A stretch of DNA of 64,000 bases from the NCBI RefSeq assembly GCF_001194135.2, contig NC_068982.1, positions 126,004,698-126,068,697 of the forward strand, read 5' to 3'. Positions 12,520 through 25,440 of this stretch are shown piece by piece; positions within the stretch are counted from its first letter, which is position 1, and every line of letters begins with the position of its first letter. The notes below the pieces were generated by a model. The model worked only from the letters and a program-made list of their open reading frames with translations, was not told where the DNA came from and searched no databases. The stretch is from Octopus bimaculoides (lineage: Eukaryota). Both the position numbers and the translations under genes were made by a program.

Positions 12520-13268
12520 GTTTATTATTCAACTACGGAAGTAATTGAATAATATTCTTAAGGTTGCAATTTACTCACATGCAGCATCTTTCAGAGCTTG
12601 TCACTAATTCAGTTCTTAACCAAATGGAAAACGGTTAACATTTTTGAAGAGGACTGGTCCCCAGCTACATTTTTGGCATTAAAAATATTGAGATTTGGTC
12701 CAGTAGAAAAAAGTTTACACCAAAATTTGTAGCGACATTGTAGGAGAGTAAGTATTGCCACAAATCAAGTTTAGATCTAAATAACTTTTTTATTTTAAAC
12801 GCAAAATATATTTATCTTAGCTTCAATGATAGAAGAAAACATGAAGAATTTCATAGTTTTGGTCTTATGCAGCAAAAATTTGTATCAAAAAAGTTGTGAG
12901 GTAAAATATCATGATAAAAAATATAAGTAAGGCAAAATTTAGATTTAAGTATAATTAACTTTTTTATTTTAAAAACAAACTATATTTTAATTAAGCTTAA
13001 ATGAGAGAGCTCAATTCAAGGAATTTCATGGTATCAATCAATCTCATGCAATTAAGTTTTAAAAGAAAAACATTATGAGTGCTTGTTTCTCAAATTTGAG
13101 GGTGATAATATAGTTCTATACTTTTTTATGAACATAGTTCTGGGGGACTTTTAATATATATCACTGGCATCATTGAGGTAAGGAAAAAAATATCGACACC
13201 ACTAATTGATACATTTCACACATTATTAATTAGCATAATAGCATAGCCTGGAAAAAAAACAGGGATTA

Positions 13269-13694
13269 CATGGAAAAATGCAAGCAAGAGAAATAATATT
13301 CTTAAGATTATAAATCTGGGAAAGTACAGGACAAGTTATTACACCTAGTAAAATACAGAACAAGAAAATTTTTACTTAAAATATTGCAGCTAAGGATAAA
13401 ATATTTTAATTGAGTTATTTTATATTTTTGATAGAAGTAACAAGTAATAACAAATAGAAGTAATAACTTGTAATAACATTTTTAGCTTTAATAAAAGGTA
13501 ATATTTTCTAAATCTAAATATCTTATTTGAACTTTTATCCTTAGCTGCAATATTTTAAGTATAAATTTTCTTGTTCTGTACTTTGCCAGATGTAATAGCT
13601 TGTCCCGAACTTTTCCCAATGTAATAACTTGTCCTGTACTTTTCCAGATTTATAATCTTAAGAATATTATTTCTCTTGCTCACATTTTTCCATA
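13269..13694. mobile_element. Foldback MITE with TA TSD and long TIRs carrying subterminal repeats
   Basis: TA|CATGGAAAAATG...CATTTTTCCATA|TA. The arms are ~130-160 bp and contain a ~26-bp unit (GAAAAGTACAGGACAAGTTATTACA) twice on the left and three times on the right. Confidence 0.85.
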
Positions 13695-14739
13695 TAATTA
13701 ACACTATTCCACTGCAGAGATGTTCTGGAAAAGTATGAATTTAACTCTTCAGAAATCTTATTGATCCTGACACTAAGAATATTTTAGAATAGTTGAATCA
13801 AAAACTTTTTTCAATTTACATCTAACAAAACATGTTAGTTTAATATTNNNNNNNNNNNNNNNNNNNNNNNNNNNNNNNNNNNNNNNNNNNNNNNNNNNNN
13901 NNNNNNNNNNNNNNNNNNNNNNNNATATATATATATATAGTGTATGTGCTTGTATGTATATATTTATAGATACACATATGCACATACACATATATATGCA
14001 CATACATACACACATATATGTATTCCATTATATCAGATTATATTACATGAATAAGAAAAAAAGCAAACTATTCTTTAGGTAAATATGCAAATTGGATTAA
14101 CCCAAAATCACAATAGTTAGCAAATATAAAAGTGACATTGCTACACTTTTGTTGGATTAATTAATGATCTCTTTGTTTACCTGATGCTTTTGTGCTTTTG
14201 TTAACGAAAATATACCAGTCAAGTACTGGGATCAATGCAGTTGACTACTCCTCACACACACACACACACACACTCTCTCTCTCTCCCTCTCTCTCTCATC
14301 TGAAAATCGTTGGCCTTCTGCCTATATTAAAAACAATATTGTTGATTTAATGTTTTAGCAATTTGTTTTTGTTGAGTATCTAAATGTTACAAATAAGTAA
14401 ATTATATAACTTCACTGCATATAATATGCTTGCTTTCTCTGTGATAGATGCATCTTACGAACACTATGTTATATATGGAATGTGATTACTGCTTTGAGAA
14501 AAAGTGACTAAGGTTGTTATGCGTATGTCACATGGAGTTTGATATAATTTGCTCTGTGTGTGTGTGTGTGTGTGAGTGTAAAACTATTTAGTCTTGCTGT
14601 GTAGATTGTTTTGATGTGATCAGCAGTGGGACTATCACAATATCCTTTCCCTTTAGACTCACTTTAGGCCCAGTATACACAAGTTACATGATCTCTGATT
14701 GTTTCCTAAAGAGAGTTACATGCTTTCTCTCTTCCCATG

Positions 14740-15000
14740 TTGTAAACATTCTATTGTTCTTGTAGCGACCCCTGGCCAGTCTTGATCGAATGAACCAATG
14801 ATCAAAGGCAATCCAGCTGTGACCATCCCCCTCTTGTTAAGATATAGTGTATTGGAGTCTATAGTACCCAAAGTGTATTGCTTTTATTTTATTTTCTAAT
14901 TTGATTTTAATTATTTAGTTACTTATTTTTTTGAACTGGTAGGGTACGATTTGAAGTGGATTTGGCTGCTATTTCTTGCAGGCCAAGTGTTTACACAGAT
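14740..15000 (-). mobile_element. Dispersed SINE-like family F with (AAC)n tail; further copies at ~28500, 28900, 29620, 30290, 32700, 39040, 39430, 40340, 41200 and 41960
   Basis: Shared motifs GCTAGAAATAGCAGCCAAATC, GGTCATGGCTGGAATGCCTTTGATCA and GGGGCTAAACAACAA, found on both strands. Confidence 0.65.
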
Positions 15001-15367
15001 GATTCCGCTTTGTCTTGGTAAGATTCTGTTATGGACACATGTTGCGTAAACGTGAAATTAACCATAGTTGCTTGTGAGACAATGCAGCACTATATTCTGT
15101 CATTAACACAAAGCTATATTGAACCTGAATAAGATGTAAGGAAAATTGAAATCATAATTCCATTGCTGATCACATGATCTTAGTAATGTGGGTTTTAACA
15201 TAAAACAAGTTTTTAGAGAGAGAGACTATGTTGGAATTTTATTTTACTATGATGTAACAAAGGCTCATCAGGCTGCCTTTTTTTTTTAGGTCAAGATTCA
15301 CTACTATTAAGAGGTGATGAGTGAAGTTTTGCCCAGACAGACAGACTGGGTCTAATCTATTATTCTT

Positions 15368-15549
15368 TTATTCTTTTATTTGTTTCAGTCATTTGATTGT
15401 GGCCATACTGAAGCACCGCCTTTAGTCGAACAAATCTACCCCAGGGTTTATTCTTTGTTAGCCTAGTACTTATTCTATCGGTCTCTTTTGCCGAACTGCT
15501 AAGTTACAGGGACATAAACACACCAATATCTGTTGTCAAGTGATGGTGA

Positions 15550-15613
<64 letters not shown>

Positions 15614-15830
15614 GGCTTTGGTTGGCCCTAGGCTGTTGTAGAAGACACTTGCCCAAGGTGCCACACAGTGGGATGAGAACCCAGAACCATGTGGTTGATA
15701 AGCAAGCTACTTACCACACAGCCACACCTGTGCATACAATCAGCCACTCCTGCGCTTGCACACAGCCACTCCTGCACCTGCACACAGCCACTCCTGCACC
15801 TGCACACAGCCACTTCTGTGTCTCCACACA
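15368..15830 (-). mobile_element. SINE family A whose 5' end is amplified as ~5 tandem 21-bp units (CACACAGCCACTCCTGCACCTG)
   Basis: Reverse complement of the A consensus; tandem units at ~15715-15830. Confidence 0.8.
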
Positions 15831-16193
15831 GCCATTCCCGCATCTACTGTATGTAAAATTCCCTGAAGATACTCTGTTACTAATGCTGAAGGAAATGAGG
15901 TACATGGAATATATTGTCTCACTTTTACATTCTGACTTCAAATTTTGCCAAGTTGACTTTGCTTTTCATCCTATCGGTGAGGGTCGATAAATTAAGTACC
16001 AGTTTAGAAGTGGGGTCAGTGTAATTGACTTGCCTCCTACCCGGAAATTGCTGGCCTTGTGCAAAAATTTGAAACCACTATATTCTCTTGCTCTGGGACA
16101 CAGTAAATATTGGTTTCAAATTCTGGTACAAGGCCAGCAATTTTATGGTAGGAGGCAAGTCAATTGCACCAACCCCACTTCTTGACTGGTACT

Positions 16194-16641
16194 TACCGTA
16201 TTTTAATGTATATACTATCGTGGCCAATGATAATACCACCTGATTGGCACCCGTGCTGGCGGCACGTAAAAAGCACCATTCCAGCATGGTCAGTGCCAGT
16301 ATCGCCTGACTGGCCCTCATGCCAGTGGCATGTAAAAAGCACCCACTACACTCTCAAAGTCGTTGGTGTTAGGAAGAGCATCCAGCTGTAGAAACTTTGC
16401 CAGATCAGAGTGGAGCCTGGTGCAGCCTTCTGGCTTGCCAGCCCAGTCAAACCGTCCCACCCATGCCAGCATAGAAAGCGGATGGTAAACGATGATGATA
16501 ATGATGATGATAAGAAGGACTTAAAAGTTGGAAAGAAGGTTTTGTAAGGGATTATAATACTTTCCATATATAAGAAATTCTCATATTTTTTAGCCTAAAT
16601 TTTGACAAAAAAGGGTTCCTTATACACGTTAAAATGCAGTA
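16194..16641. mobile_element. pogo/Tc1-type MITE relic with a family-C retroposon inserted (~16225-16510)
   Basis: TACCGTATTTTAATGTATA at the left end and TATACACGTTAAAATGCAGTA at the right are imperfect inverted repeats. Confidence 0.55.
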
Positions 16642-16669
16642 TTTTATTGTCCCTCAAAAAAATGAAAAG

Positions 16670-16998
16670 CAAAGTTGACCTTTGCAGAATTTGAACTCAG
16701 ACAGCAAAGATGGGTGAAATATCGCTAAGCTTTTTTCCTGGTGTCGTAGCGTTTCTGCCAACTCGCTGCCTTACACTTTGTCAAGAATATTCTTTTGTGC
16801 TCTAGGTACAAGGCCTGAAATTTTGCGGGAGGAGGTCAGTCGATTAGATCGATCCCAGTATGTAACTGATACTTAATTTATCGACCCTGAAAGGATGAAA
16901 GGCAAAGTCAACCTCAGGGGAATTTGAACTCAGAACGTAAAGACAGACGAAATACCGCTAAGCATTTCGCCTGGCGTGCTAATGTTTCTGCCAGCTCA
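16670..16998 (-). mobile_element. Two adjacent family-B SINE copies (one partial, one near complete)
   Basis: Reverse complement of AAGGCGGCGAGCTGGCAGAA...GAGTTCAAATTCC...CCTTTCATCCTTTCGGGGTCGATAAATTAAGTACCAG. Confidence 0.8.
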
Positions 16999-17174
16999 CA
17001 GTAAATATTAACACCTCTATATACATAAAGTTAATTTCACAACCACATGGATTTAGGCTCATTACTGTGTGACACCTTGGGCAAATGTATGCTCCTGTTT
17101 CCTCAAGCCAATCTCTTGAGTGTGAAATTCGTAGAGGAAAATATATATGCATTTGTGTTTTAGTATGTGTGTGG

Positions 17175-17480
17175 AAGCGCAATGGCCCAGTGGTTAGGGC
17201 AGCGGAATAGCGGTCGGAGGATCACGGTTTCGATTCCCAGACCGGGTGTTGTGTGTGTTTATTGAGCAAAAACACCTAAAAGCACGATGAGGCTCTGGCA
17301 GGTGGTGGTGGTGACCCCTGTTGTACTCTTTCGCTCCAACTTTCTCTCACTCTTTCTTCCTGTTTCTTGAGTAATGCTGCAATGGACTGGCGTCCCGTCC
17401 AGCTGGGGGGAACACATACGCCATAGAAACCAGGAAGCCGGGCCCATGAGCCTGACTAGGCTTTAAAAGGGCGAAAAAAA
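17175..17480 (+). mobile_element. SINE with family-D head and an alternative tail
   Basis: GAAGCGCAATGGCCCAGTGGTTAGGGC...GGTTTCGATTCCC head as at 4760; the 3' part differs from D. Confidence 0.75.
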
Positions 17481-18294
17481 AAAAAAAAGAAAGTTTTAGT
17501 ATGTGTATTTGTAAGTAGTCATTTTTGCTTCTTACATGGTATCATCTGAAAAAAAGAAACTGTCATGTTTACATCTCTAGTGAACATCTAGTTTACATCT
17601 CTCATGTTTACATCTCTCATGTTTACATCTCTCATGTTTACATCTCTAGTGAACATTATCTTCTATATTTTTGTGCCCTTGAAAGAGTGAAATAAAACCT
17701 CACTTACTTATAAAACAGAAAAGGGTTGGCAACAAGACGGGTATCCAGATGTAAAAATAAAATGAGTATGTGTCCAGTCTATGCCAACATAAGAAAATCG
17801 ATGTAAGACAAAGGAATAAACGATTAGTGACTTAATGGTCTAATACTGTCTTCTTTTGGTACTTTCACTTCTACAGTTTGCTATAAATAACATTGCTATG
17901 TTTGGCTTTTAAAATTTCAACTTCTTATATGGAAGAATAACCTTTCTGCGTCCTTGTAAAACATTGCTAGTTATTAGTTATTTCATTTAAGATAGCTTAA
18001 AACAGTGACCTGATCTGTTTTAGCAGTATTTTAAGTCCCAGGACAAAGTAAAGCATTGAGGGCCTCTACATATACAACCACAGTATACATGAATTAGTGT
18101 TGGGCCCCTAGATATGTAGGGCCTTTAGAAGACAGCAACAGCAACTGCTGACACTGCAGTTTAGCATCAATGAATCCATCTTTCTATAAAATATTTGTGT
18201 TTCTAAATTATATAAAAATACAAATTTATATAAAGATCTAACCAATTTTGCCAATGAAAAAAAAGATATTTATTTTTCTCTTCAGAATAGAATC

Positions 18295-18356
<62 letters not shown>

Positions 18357-19149
18357 TGTGAGTGTGCATGTGCATGCATGCACGCAAGTACCAATAATAA
18401 AATCATGCCAGCTATTAGAAATTGTCTGCTGCTAACTAGATTTGAACCTTGTATCCTTTCTTTTACTATTTTTTGGAGTCAAACATTTTTCTGTTGTAAA
18501 AGACAGTGTTCTTGTTAACAGTACAAATAGTAAAAGTCTTGTTCTAGGATGAAATCAATTCCATGTAATGGTTTGTACAGTTATGTTTAAAGAAATATTT
18601 CATCTTATAATCCCTATACTTTATAAATTTATGCTTTATAATTTATATTTTATAAATTTTTACTTTATATTTTATACTTTATAAATTTATACTAATATGC
18701 TTTATAAATCCCCAATCTTGTTTTATTTTCTCCAATCTAAGAAGAGCTTAAACTGTATAACTTCAAGTAATTTTGGTTATTTTGAATTAAAGCCAATATG
18801 ACTTTTTCACTTGTGTGTTGCAGTTAAACAGAGGTAAGCTACTATTGGTAGCATAATGTGAACTGGCATTTGCTACTTAGAAAACTCTGAAGTGAATTGA
18901 CATTTTTCTTTAATGAAACGTAAATGTTGTAGGGCCTTTTTATTTATTTATTTATTTATTATTGTTATTGTTGTTGTTGTTGCTGTCATTTCACTTCTCA
19001 GTGCTCTCAATTTCACTTGCCTTGGCTAATTCTGAAGAGCAGATAAGACAACCCCTTGTTAAAGATCTCACAGGGGTCTTCTTTGATGATAATTAACATC
19101 CAAGTACCAATTTCAAAATCCTTGTTGTCCCCAATAAAGCAGTTTTCTG

Positions 19150-19670
19150 AGCATGTTCTACCATCATCACCATCATCACCATCACCATCATCATCATCAT
19201 TATCATCATCATCATCATCAATCATCATCATCATTATTCTGACACGTTTGAAAACATTCAAACGAGGTCATTGCCAGTGCCGCTGGACTGGCTCCTGTGC
19301 AGGTGGCACGTAAAAGCACCCACTACACTCTCGGAGTGGTTAACGTTAGGAAGGGCATCCAGCTGTAGAAACTCTGCCAGATCAGATTGGAGCCTGGTTC
19401 ACTAGTCCTCAGTCAAATCGTCCAACCCATGCTAGCATGGAAAGCGGATGTTAAACGATGATGATGATGATTATTATTAAGGTGACAAACTGGCTGAATT
19501 GTTAGCATGCCATGCAAAATGCATACTGGCATTTTGTCCATCTTTACATTCTGAGTTCAAATTTCATCAAGGTTGACTTGGCCTTTCATCCTTTCAGTGG
19601 TCAATGTAATCAACTTAGCCCCCACTCCACTTTCCAAAACTTGCTGGCCTTGTGCCAAAATTTGAAACCA
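19150..19670 (+). mobile_element. (CAT)n tract, family-C retroposon, then a family-B SINE
   Basis: C motifs ending (GAT)n at ~19470, immediately followed by a B head AAGGTGACAAACTGGCTGAA. Confidence 0.75.
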
Positions 19671-20249
19671 TTATTATTATTATTATTATTATATATTTTT
19701 ATGTTTTTATTCTTTGATAAATGTTTCATGACATCAGCTCTCGATTTTATTTTATCTTTTTTAAAACTAACCCTTTGATAAGTAGAACCCTTTAATTTCC
19801 TGAACTAAGTAAACCAACTCAATGTGATTTTACAGCAGTTATGAGTACAAAAGAGCACAAAACATGCAATATTACATCAACAACTTTGCTGTTTTTTTAC
19901 CTTTTATTCATGCAAATCAGTTTTGTTCACACTTGCTTTTCTTAATTGATTAATAGCTGTAATGTCTTAGCCCTTTCCCAAACGAAGATAATAGGAGTGT
20001 CAGTGTTTGAGAACAATCATGTAATGAAAATTATCAATCCTTGTGTCTGAGTAGGTAAACCAACATACATCTCAGTGTTGTTAGTCCAATTTGTTGACAG
20101 ATAAGCTAAATAATAGCTTCTGTTGTCAATAAGAATTCAGTCAGTTCACTGTTGGATACGTTCTCTTACTGAGCATTTCATCATCAGTGTTTTGGAATGT
20201 TCAATAACTTCAGTTCAAAACATGTATTATCACTACCTTATAAATATAG

Positions 20250-20845
20250 TGGCACTCTGTTGGTTACAACGATGAGGGTTCCAGTTGATCTGATCAACAG
20301 AACAGCCTGCTTGTGAAGTTAACGTGCAAGTGGCTGAGTGCTCTACTAACATGTGTGCCCTTAACCCATTAGTGTTCGCATTATTCTGCCAAAATTAATG
20401 CTTTTTTATCCACATTGTTTTGAACTAATCATGCATTATCTTGTAGCTATGAGATTTTGATGAGGTAGCTGTTAAATTTTTAAAACGATATTGTAGGGCT
20501 AGTGTGAGAGACCAGATCTGGCCAGTTTCAACATAAAACAGGCAGAATACTTTTGGCCGGATATGGCCAGTTTAAATTTTTTGAAGGGTTAATGTAGTTC
20601 TTGGGGAGATTCAGCGTGACACAGAGTGTGACAAGGCTGGCCCTTTGAAATACAGGTACGACAGAAACAGGAAGAAAGAGTGAGAGAAAGTTGTGGTGAA
20701 AGAGTACAGAAGGGTTCGCCCCCGCCTGCCGGAGCCTCGTTGAGCGTTAGGTGTTTTCACTCAATAAACACTCACAACACCTGTTCTGAGAATTGAAACT
20801 GCGATCCTACAACCGTTGCCCTAACCACTGGGCCATTGTACCTCC
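20250..20845 (-). mobile_element. SINE family D interrupted by TTAA-MITE copy 2 (20365-20588)
   Basis: The D-internal sequence CCC-TTAA-(T/C)GTAG is split, with TTAA duplicated at 20361-20364 and 20589-20592. Confidence 0.85.
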
Positions 20846-21107
20846 ACGTTATAAATATAATAAAATTAGAAAACTGAAATAAAATGATGAAACATGTGCA
20901 TCATTAGTCATTGATTGAAGCAAGTTCTGTACGTTGTTTGTATAAATGTGTTGATTATGAAAACAGCAAAAATATATAAATCTGGTTTGTGTTGGTCTGA
21001 ATCTCTGTTTATATTTTCCACCAGTTCCAAAATTTGTGTCACAATTCTCACTTATATTTCTCTGTGACTTTGTTTCAAAAAGTGATCCACAATCTTCAAA
21101 TGTATGC

Positions 21108-21149
<42 letters not shown>

Positions 21150-24100
21150 GTGTCCCCGTGTGTCCGTGTGTTTGTTTGCTGATTTAGTTCGTATGTAAGT
21201 GCGGCATGAAATAAGATTGCAAGTGGATATTCAAACATGAAGCTATTCCGTCTTGTACATTCTGTGACTGGAGGCAAGGCTAAGATAAGAAATATCTTCT
21301 GTTTATTATATGAATTATTCAAATTATTATTGTTATATGTATTTTATCATTTTTTTTTAACCTGCAACACTTCAAGCTTAGGCCTAATTCAAACACATCT
21401 TTCATCCTGCGGTTTCTTTCTGTCCTTTGTGGTACAACAAAAAGAAATAAATAAAAATTACCGTTTCATATATTATTAGAACTCCTTTCAAAGTAAAATT
21501 TAGAAATTGACCTCTCTAATAAAAGCAAGAAGTAATGCCATTCTACAATTGAAGAAATCATCAACATCATTATTCAATGCCCGTTTTCCATCATAAAGTA
21601 TGGGAAATTTGATAACTGCCTTTTATTATATTTCAGTTGGCAAAATGTATACCAGTCAACTACAAGGGGATGGGGATTAAATCGATTTTAGCCTCACCAG
21701 AATTTGTTTCAGTCATTTGAGATAAACTGAATGTTTCTTATAGAGAGAACTATTTCAATTATCATTGATATCACAATTGCTTCCTTCATTCTTAATAATT
21801 TACGATCTCTAGATAAGTACCTGTCAATTTTCTGGAATCCTTATGGCAATTATTTTAATTACCAGGTATACCGGTGTCAATTATGAAATATTCATTAACT
21901 TCATTGTCTGTAAACCACAGTGTCAAGACTTCAATGTTCTGTATAACATGTCAAAATTCCTCCAATTTTTTTTTTCAAAATTTAATTTTTTTTAATACTT
22001 TACAGTGATTGAAATTTAAGGTTCAAGGTTCTTTGGTATCAGTTTAAAATTGATAAAATTTGAATGTTGTTTTTGAATTGAAATAGTTGAAAATTTGAAA
22101 CTAAAATTTACACTCTAATCAAAATCCAATAAATAGCAAATTTGAGAATGAATCAACATTTTTTTTCTTTTAATTGAAATTTGATTTGAGTTCAAGTTTA
22201 AATGTCACATCTTCACATCCTCATTCACTTGAATGCAGTTTAGAAAAGTACTTCAGTTTATTAATTTCAAATTTTAAACAAGAAAAAACAAAATTTTAAA
22301 TAAAATTTCCCCTACCCAATTTTCCAGATCCTATCCATCTTTTTCAGATTTGAAGTTAACACTACCTAATAGAAAGTTAGACTCTTTAGAAAAGCGTAAA
22401 TGCTACAAATTTCCACTTTTTCTGCTATAAATATCAGGTTTTGAGTATATCTAATAAATATATCATTATGAATACTAAGGATGAGATGAGAGGGTAATTA
22501 ACTAAATTTAAAATATTTAGCTTCTGAGTTCAAATTTCTCTCCAGTGTTGATAAATATGTACATGTATGTACAATTAACTCCAACTTTTCTTATTAATTT
22601 TTGACATTGTGTCAATGTAAAAAAAACAATCTTTATTTATACTTAAATATTTTAGTACAAAGTTTTTTAATTGTTTATGATTCAAGTATATAAATATACC
22701 ACATAATAAAGAACAAAGAGCAAAATAATCCACAAATACTTTTAAGATAACCCAGACCAAAACATGGTACAATAACTAGTGTAAAAACAATATTCATCAT
22801 AGAATATACCAATACTTCCTGGACATCTGCTTATCTTTTCACAAATAAATCTCACTGAACTAAACATGAACATTTCATTGTCTCACACTGAGCAGAGACC
22901 ATCTGCAATAAGAAGTCCTCAAGATAAAAGACCATCTAGACATATTGATTCTATGGTAAACTCATCATCATTGTCTAACATCCATTTTCTGTGCTGACAT
23001 TGGTTGGACAGTTTGACAGGAACTGTCAAGCTGAAGAACTGCACCAGGCTCTAATTTGACATGGTTTCTGTGGTTAGATGCCCTTTCTAATGCCAACCAC
23101 TCAATTAGTTATATTCATTGTCATTACACATTTACTACATCTCTATACTGTACTGTAACAAAATAACGAATACTATCCAACCTATTTAGTCTACATATAC
23201 AAAATACAAAAGACACATACCATATTTGAGGCATAAAAGATGCATGGGCATCTTAGATGCACCCCAATGTCACCAGTACATATTCAGGAAAATAGGTTTT
23301 TAGTGTGTTAAAGCATGTAATATAGGTCCAGTTACACATATAGGACCTGAGGTCATTTTTTGAGATATATTTTTTGAAAAAAATGTGTTTTATGTGCTAT
23401 CAGATGCAGTGCATACAAAAATAGCCACAGTATCATTAATCATATTAAAATCAAACAAAAAGTGTGCTGAAATGCATACCATCAGAGTTAGGTGCCAAAG
23501 AACATCAACTATTGCACTCAGACCATGTGTACCCTTTCCTCAACCTTTGTAGCCTCTGTCTAAACTTATATGTTGGATTGTAGAGGAAATATGTGTTGGG
23601 AGTATGGTTCTCGATTAAACAGATTTTTGGTGTCTCTGAAGTGCAAGATCTATAGATTGCATACTGTTCTTTCACCAGCTACCTCAATGGTTTTGGTATA
23701 TTCAATCAGAGCTAACCAAGCCTTAACAGCCACATTAACTAAGGAAAAATAGGTCACTGTTTAACAGAACTAAAATTGACCCTCGAGCCAAATATTTTCC
23801 TTGAAGCCATATCTATCAGTCCTTTGAATGGTAAAGTGAAAGTAAATATAAAAAAGATCCTCTGTTTTTAAGCTACATCAAATTCTTTGAAGAAATGAAT
23901 CAACTTTTTGGTTTGTTTCTTTGTTTTTTTTTTGTTAATTTGTTTTTTGTTTTGCTTGTTTTTTTCACCAAAGATCTTCTGGACGATCTCTATGCCAAAA
24001 CCCCAAGATTGAACTGGCTTAATATTATTAAAAACAAAAATAAAACTTTTGGTGCATCGAAGTATGCTTAACTGAACTTTTATAAGCATGTATAAAACAT

Positions 24101-24339
24101 TGAGAAGTGTGTGGATACTTTTTTTTTTTTTGTTTTTGTTTTTTCCTATCTGCAATCATTGGTGTGCAACAATAACTATTTAAATATGCACCTTCCAAGA
24201 ATGACCTCACACACTACTTTGGTTTGCTTCTCACTAACTACACATCATTACTGGCATACACACTTTTTGAAGCAAGATGCACATGCATGCACCAATATGC
24301 ACACACTTTCAATATCATAAGCAGCTAGTTATGCATTTC

Positions 24340-24365
24340 TCATTCTCCTCCTCTCTCTGTTTCTT

Positions 24366-24423
<58 letters not shown>

Positions 24424-24821
24424 GCATACACATATACCCATATGCACATGCACACATGTACATACATACATACATACATACACATTGATCTGATGGTCAG
24501 AATTTATACAACAACAACCAGATACGTTCATATACGCGTGAGCACAGGTGCACATGCCTACTGACAAATCTTGACAATGCAAAAACTGTGCATAAACCAT
24601 CGTAATGAAGGAAAATCAATAACATCCATTCTATGTTCTATACCAGCATACAATCGATATACACCCACCACCACCACCACCACCACCAATTCTACACACA
24701 CAGTCTTGTAGCAATGTAAAATCAATAGACTTATTTTGTTACACAAATACACGATGTCCACAATACTACTACCACTACCACCACCACCACTGCTGTTGCT
24801 GCTGCTGCTACCACTACTACA

Positions 24822-24862
<41 letters not shown>

Positions 24863-25119
24863 AGTTATGACCACTACTATTGCCAATATCACTACTACAA
24901 TGCTTATTATCTCTACCACCCCGATAACATTGGCAAATATTACCACCACTACCACTACTACAAGAATAACAAGAATGATATAATAATAATAATAAAATAA
25001 TAATAATAATAATAATAATAATACTGCTATTACCCTTAATATTATAGCTATAACCTTTACTCTTGCCATTATCACTACCACAATGCTTATTACAGCTACC
25101 ACCATCACTATCACCACTG

Positions 25120-25159
<40 letters not shown>

Positions 25160-25440
25160 AACTACCCTTCACTGCTGCTACCCTTACTACTATATCTGTA
25201 GCCACTGCCATGATCATTGTTACAGCAGTTATTAACTCTTCTGCTGTCGCACACCTACCACAGTGGTAAATATTGCTACCACCTGCCACCATTACTCTTC
25301 CTGTTAGCCCACGTAATAGTTGCTATAACTGCCTCTAATTTCATCACTCCTACCCCTGCAGCAATAGCGATCAGTGTTAACAGAATTATAACTTACCTCT
25401 GCAACTACCACCTTAACCACTGAGCACCATTATCTTACCA
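24340..25440. repeat. Compound microsatellite: (CT)n, (CA)n, then in-register switching (CAC)/(TAC)/(TAA)/(TGC) triplets
   Basis: Visible directly. It explains the low-complexity ORFs 24558..25292 and 24731..25117. Confidence 0.9.

Noticed and set aside
20849-21440. ORF 20849..21322 and a CpG-richer patch suggesting a promoter or first exons
   Set aside because: The ORF runs through a (CA)n tract, the splice signals are inconsistent, and nothing is recognisable.
23480-23830. Minus-strand exon-like pieces including TDRYGF (a TBC-domain-like motif) and NVAVKAWLALIEY
   Set aside because: Each frame hits a stop before a credible donor, and the 6-aa match is too short.
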